Shown here one piece after another: positions 59,716-64,000 of a DNA stretch of 64,000 nucleotides; the first letter of the stretch is position 1; each line of letters starts with the position of its first letter. The stretch is from Lepidodermella squamata. Its lineage: Eukaryota; Animalia; Gastrotricha. A program made the position numbers and the translations under genes. The notes under the pieces were generated by a model. It made no database searches. It was given only the letters and a program-made list of their open reading frames with translations, and was not told the origin of the DNA. The stretch lies in contig JBLDXI010000010.1 in NCBI GenBank assembly GCA_047495785.1, forward strand, positions 620,001 through 684,000, given 5' to 3'.

Positions 59716-62110
59716 ATTTTAATTTGCTCCCTAATTCTGGCGGGTCGCGGGTCGCCATGATCTAGTATGCCTCGGGCTTATTTGTTGGCTTCAACTTAGC
59801 ATTGTAGTCTCCATTTTATTAATTACTTATTTATTAATTCATTTTCTGTTGTCAAATTTATCAGAGGCTTGAAAAAATCGATATTTATATAATTTCCTAT
59901 TTAATCGCAATTTGGAAGTTGATAACTTAACCCTCATTAGCTGCCTACTGGTCCCGTAACCAAACTAAACTCATCGGATAGCTCGCCAAATACGTGATCA
60001 TAAGATGCAGGTTCGAGTTGCGATATTCCAAAACAAGTAAATCCAGACTTTTCGAAAGGTTCGCTGCTGTGTCTGCTCCTCTAACACCATCGACCTGATT
60101 CAAGCATTGTTCAACTTTCAATTGACGCATAGAAATATAAAAACAGCGTTGTTGCTTTTACTTCAGTCCCACAAACATAGCGGCTTCTGAGCAATTAATC
60201 TAACAGAAAATCAGACTGGACTATAAACTATACATCGCTGATTCGGCTGATTCAATCAATTCGGCAAGCCTGGAGTGCCCAGTTCCTTGTTGTATGCGCC
60301 TTGAATACACCCCCAAAAAGACGCAAATAATACACGCTGCCTTTAGTTCAGCCGTTCAGCCGAAACATTGCTTGCATCGTTACTGGTGCTTATTAGTCGA
60401 CCTAGCTTGAGCTCATTGGCTTATATTTCACTTGTTCCAGCTACAAGTAAGCAAGCGCATGCCCCAATTAAACTATAGTGGGCACGATTATGCGATTACG
60501 ATTATGACCATTGCATTTCTTTTATTTTAAATTCAAGTTTTGTGGCTTTGAATGTTAAAAAATTTTTACTCTACACTGGAAGCCACGTCAATTTCACTAA
60601 GTGCGCCACTTTTTCAATTTTATTGCATTCTCACAAAGTTCTTCGGCTGTTTGTCTCACGATGTCTAAAATTTCGCCAACCCGCACTTCCCACTTATAAA
60701 TAATAATAATAATAAATAATACCGTATTTGATCCAATAGTAGCCCATTCACTAATAATCGCCCATCCCTAATAGTAGCCCAGGGTTGAGGGGTCAAGTCG
60801 GTTCGAAAACATCAAAAATGAACGATTCGCCAAACATTATTTTTTGAATTTTCCAAAATTTCGAGGTTGCAATTTTAGTAGCCCGGGCTGTTATAGGAAC
60901 ACATGCACTTTATGTTTGTTTCAAATGATCCCCTATTTTTTCTTGGCTTTCGAGGATGAATTGAACCACCCGCCGTTTTGCAGGGAACTATTTATTCATT
61001 TTGATATTTGTACAGCATTATTTCCGAATATTCTCATAATACTAATTAGTCAGCGATGGCCACCCTTGCAGTAAATTTTGTTTGGACAGCGGGCTTAAGC
61101 AAGCATTTCCTGCTCCGTGTTTCAACGCTTCATTCGCGTATTTTATATTGATCCAGAATTACGCCTTTATGCTATATAGTGCCGCGCCAGTTTGTCCAAC
61201 TTCCTTCCCGAAAATAGAGCGAAAATAGCCTCAAGAATTTTTTTCAAGTTAAGCAAGTTTTATGTCGTGAGAATGGGATTATTTTCGCAAGCAATTACAG
61301 CATTATATTTGCAGTTTTTCCAATAAGTAACACTATTCCCCTTTTCTGTGCTGTTTCACCAAACGTCAGAGCAGTACCATCAGTGATGCTGCATCAAATG
61401 CGACGAGTGCAGTGTTTTTTGTGAGCCAAAAAACCGCACGATACACAGCCGTATTTGCCTAATATTGACGTGCGATTACATGCGCCGTGCAGTCTATATT
61501 ATTACTATTAGACTATACATTCTCCACAGTGTGCGTATATTGTACGCATGCCAAAAAATATACTTACGTATAGCGCTGCTGTTATTATTATTACAATTTA
61601 AATACGAGAGCTGCACACATCTCATAGGTTTTCTGCGGGCGTATTTTTTGCCTGATGAATATGGGTATCGACCGCGCGCTCTAGTACGGCAGTGATGATG
61701 AATTTACATCGTTGTAATAATATATATTGGCACAGCATTTACATAATGTATTATCAGGAAAAATAAGCAATAATATACAACATTTTACGCTAGCTATAGG
61801 TTGTAGTAAATTTCTATATACGCTCAAGACGATTGCTCTCGCTTTATTTCTGAGCCTTTTTATCCTTTCATCCGCTCTATTTAAACCAACGATACATATA
61901 TTACCTGTAATAAAATTAACTGTAAATACCTTCCCAAAATTATGCACTCGTTGTGTATAGAATAACATTATTACAAGCCCTTTGTAAGCACTCAACTCAA
62001 TAGGTAGATAAAGCTTGTATGGCTTGTATATGGTCATCCATTCTCTGATAAGGCCCGTATTTTTGATGAGTTTTAACATTAAAACTACATAGGTCGTGTT
62101 AGTGAGGCAG

Positions 62111-63550
62111 ATGGAGTATGATGAGGATGTGGATGATGACAATTCTCACCTGGAGCAAGCACTTCAATCTCGACATTCAGGCCACGCCGACTGCCCGCTT
62201 GCTGACGCGGCCTACTACACAGCCTTAGCCGAGTCCATATCTCAAAATCTGGACGGCGATCCAATTGCTAAAGCGCTTTATCGTGAAATTATTGGCATCC
62301 ACCTGTCAGATGTTGTCCACGCTACAGAGAGCGGGCCGTTTTTGTGCAACTCCGCCGTAAAGATTATCGAAAAATTATCACAATCCAACTGTACTTCAGG
62401 TATGATTTTCTTCAAAATATCATTTTAAGGAGGATTTTTTCAATTCCTATCCTTAGATGCTGATCTCCATATATTGTTGTGGTGTGCCATATTCAGTCAA
62501 CAGGAGGCTGAAAAATTCTCGGCGTTAATTACATCAGTCCGAGGCATTTTGAAGCCATGCGTACTATCATCTAACCTGCTACCTCTAGCCGCTGAACTTC
62601 TAAATGTGGAAGCCGTCGAGATCTTACTCCAGAATGGCGCTGATCCTAACGAAGGATCCCTCCTTAAAGCCCTTCACGCTGTTCCGTTTAGTGACCGCTT
62701 CAACCAGAAGAACGTGCCACTGAAGCCTCGTCTAACAGAAACTATCCGGCTTCTGCTCGAATACGGTGTTAAACTGAGCGAGAACCGAGACAACAGGCAG
62801 AATCCCCCGATTTTTTCAACGATTCGTCTGGCGGCTCATCGGCTTGGCGAGACTGCTGATGTTATCATGGAGGCGGCTGATTTGACGGATTTGAACTTCT
62901 ACCCCGAAATCAGCAGTGCTAATCGTTACCAAGCTAGAAGCGTCCTAACATGCGCATTTGCCGCGTTTAAGCAACGATTTTTCGTAAATGCAATTCCACG
63001 GCAGTTTCTTCTGGCTTTTGAGCCAACAAGGTTGACTAGGAAAAGTTCTGTTGCTATCTTACGGCACGTGATTCTACCAGCTTTAAGAGCGGGGGCCAGT
63101 CTTCCATCTGACCCTTTAGACTTTAAGCAGGGAAGGATGCAAGATTGGTTCGATTACTACAGACTCCTTCTCCTTCTGCCGGATAGTGACCCGTCAACCC
63201 GTGAAATGAATGACGACTGGGTCATTTATTACTTCAACTTAGTCCTCGAGGCGAGGATGAGTTCTGCAATTAACATGGCCGCTTTTAGAATCTTCGTCGG
63301 CGCGACGTGTCAACGAATGCGAGATCGCGAGCTTCAGTTTGCGAACAGCGTGATTGCCGGCCGAGTTTTCCCTCGACCGCTTCAAAACCAGTGCCGGACC
63401 AAGATTCTACGCGACTGCCTGCCGTCTGGCGTGAAGCCACGTGCCGCCGCTATCAAATCGCTGCAGCTACCCGGTTGTTTGGCTGACTACTTGGCGTTCG
63501 CCGAGTTTGACTTGCCGCTGAGAAAACTCGATGACGAAGAGCAATCGTGA
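62111..63550 (+). CDS. Ankyrin repeat and SOCS box (ASB-like) protein; intron 62400-62456
   Basis: VEILLQNGADPN and LLLEYG ankyrin motifs; C-terminal SOCS box PRPLQNQCRTKI...IKSLQLPGCLADYL. Confidence 0.8.
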
Positions 63551-63707
63551 AGACGAGTCAATTTTAAATACCACCCGGTGTCACTCTCTTAATACATAGT
63601 TGTTGCGGTGCTCTTTGAACTATAGCATTTATTTATAGAAATTTCGGGTATATTCGTTCATTTATTTAGTTTTCCACGATTGAAAAATAAAGAATTATTT
63701 CTGATGA

Positions 63708-64000
63708 TTATGAGTCATTTTGAAGAGGGATAGATTCGTTAGACTCTGCCTGACTATTTGACCGGGAACTGTCGAATTTCTCGAACTTCTGCCGATCCAA
63801 AGCGATTCGAGGCATGTAGAACTGGACTCGCCGAAATTCATAAGCGTTCAACGCGAAGTACACATCGACTAAAGCCATCATTGTCCATTCGCAGATTGCT
63901 GATACGATATGGTAGTGCCATCCACCGTCTTTACGCTGCCAGTGGTATTGGCTCCTTCCACGAAATGCATTGTTGGCAAGGTAGCCGAGCACGCTGGTTG
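63708..64000 (-). CDS. 3' end of a DRAM/TMEM150 (Frag1/DRAM/Sfk1 family) membrane protein; runs off the window
   Basis: DGGWHYHIVSAICEW...YFALNAYEFRRV resembles the last TM helix of DRAM proteins. Confidence 0.65.
   Translation of the reverse strand, partial: TSVLGYLANNAFRGRSQYHWQRKDGGWHYHIVSAICEWTMMALVDVYFALNAYEFRRVQFYMPRIALDRQKFEKFDSSRSNSQAESNESIPLQNDS

Noticed and set aside
60719-60900. TACCGTATTT/TAGTAGCCC pogo-like MITE, and similar single ends near 2150, 22145 and 50670
   Set aside because: Matching second termini or TSDs were not found, so boundaries cannot be supported.
1-64000. tRNA, rRNA, snRNA or spliced-leader RNA genes
   Set aside because: None recognised by eye; an Infernal or tRNAscan search would be needed to exclude them.

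Overview
Gene-dense DNA from an invertebrate animal (species not determinable). The ORF track splits most genes; they rejoin cleanly through very short introns (27 reconstructed, all 47-65 nt). Contents: six divergent Cys-loop (pentameric ligand-gated) channel subunits in two subfamilies; five intact intronless GABA-B-like class C GPCRs plus a pseudogene and an ectodomain-only duplicate; an Apaf-1-like CARD/NB-ARC protein with ankyrin repeats in place of WD40, whose CARD appears to be split by an AT-AC intron; a hillarin/KY-like protein; a divergent nuclear receptor; three retinol-dehydrogenase-like SDRs plus a broken copy; two ankyrin proteins; an ankyrin-SOCS box protein; a DRAM/TMEM150-like 3' end; and three small secreted orphan proteins, two of them paralogs. 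There is also a nested transposon block (23.6-29.6 kb), two perfect hairpins and a 1024-bp tandem duplication. The best candidates for new biology are the CARD-NB-ARC-ankyrin sensor, the orphan receptor cluster with its embedded secreted peptide pair, and the length-constrained splicing with AAG and AT-AC junctions. All assignments are by eye; no database searches were run.
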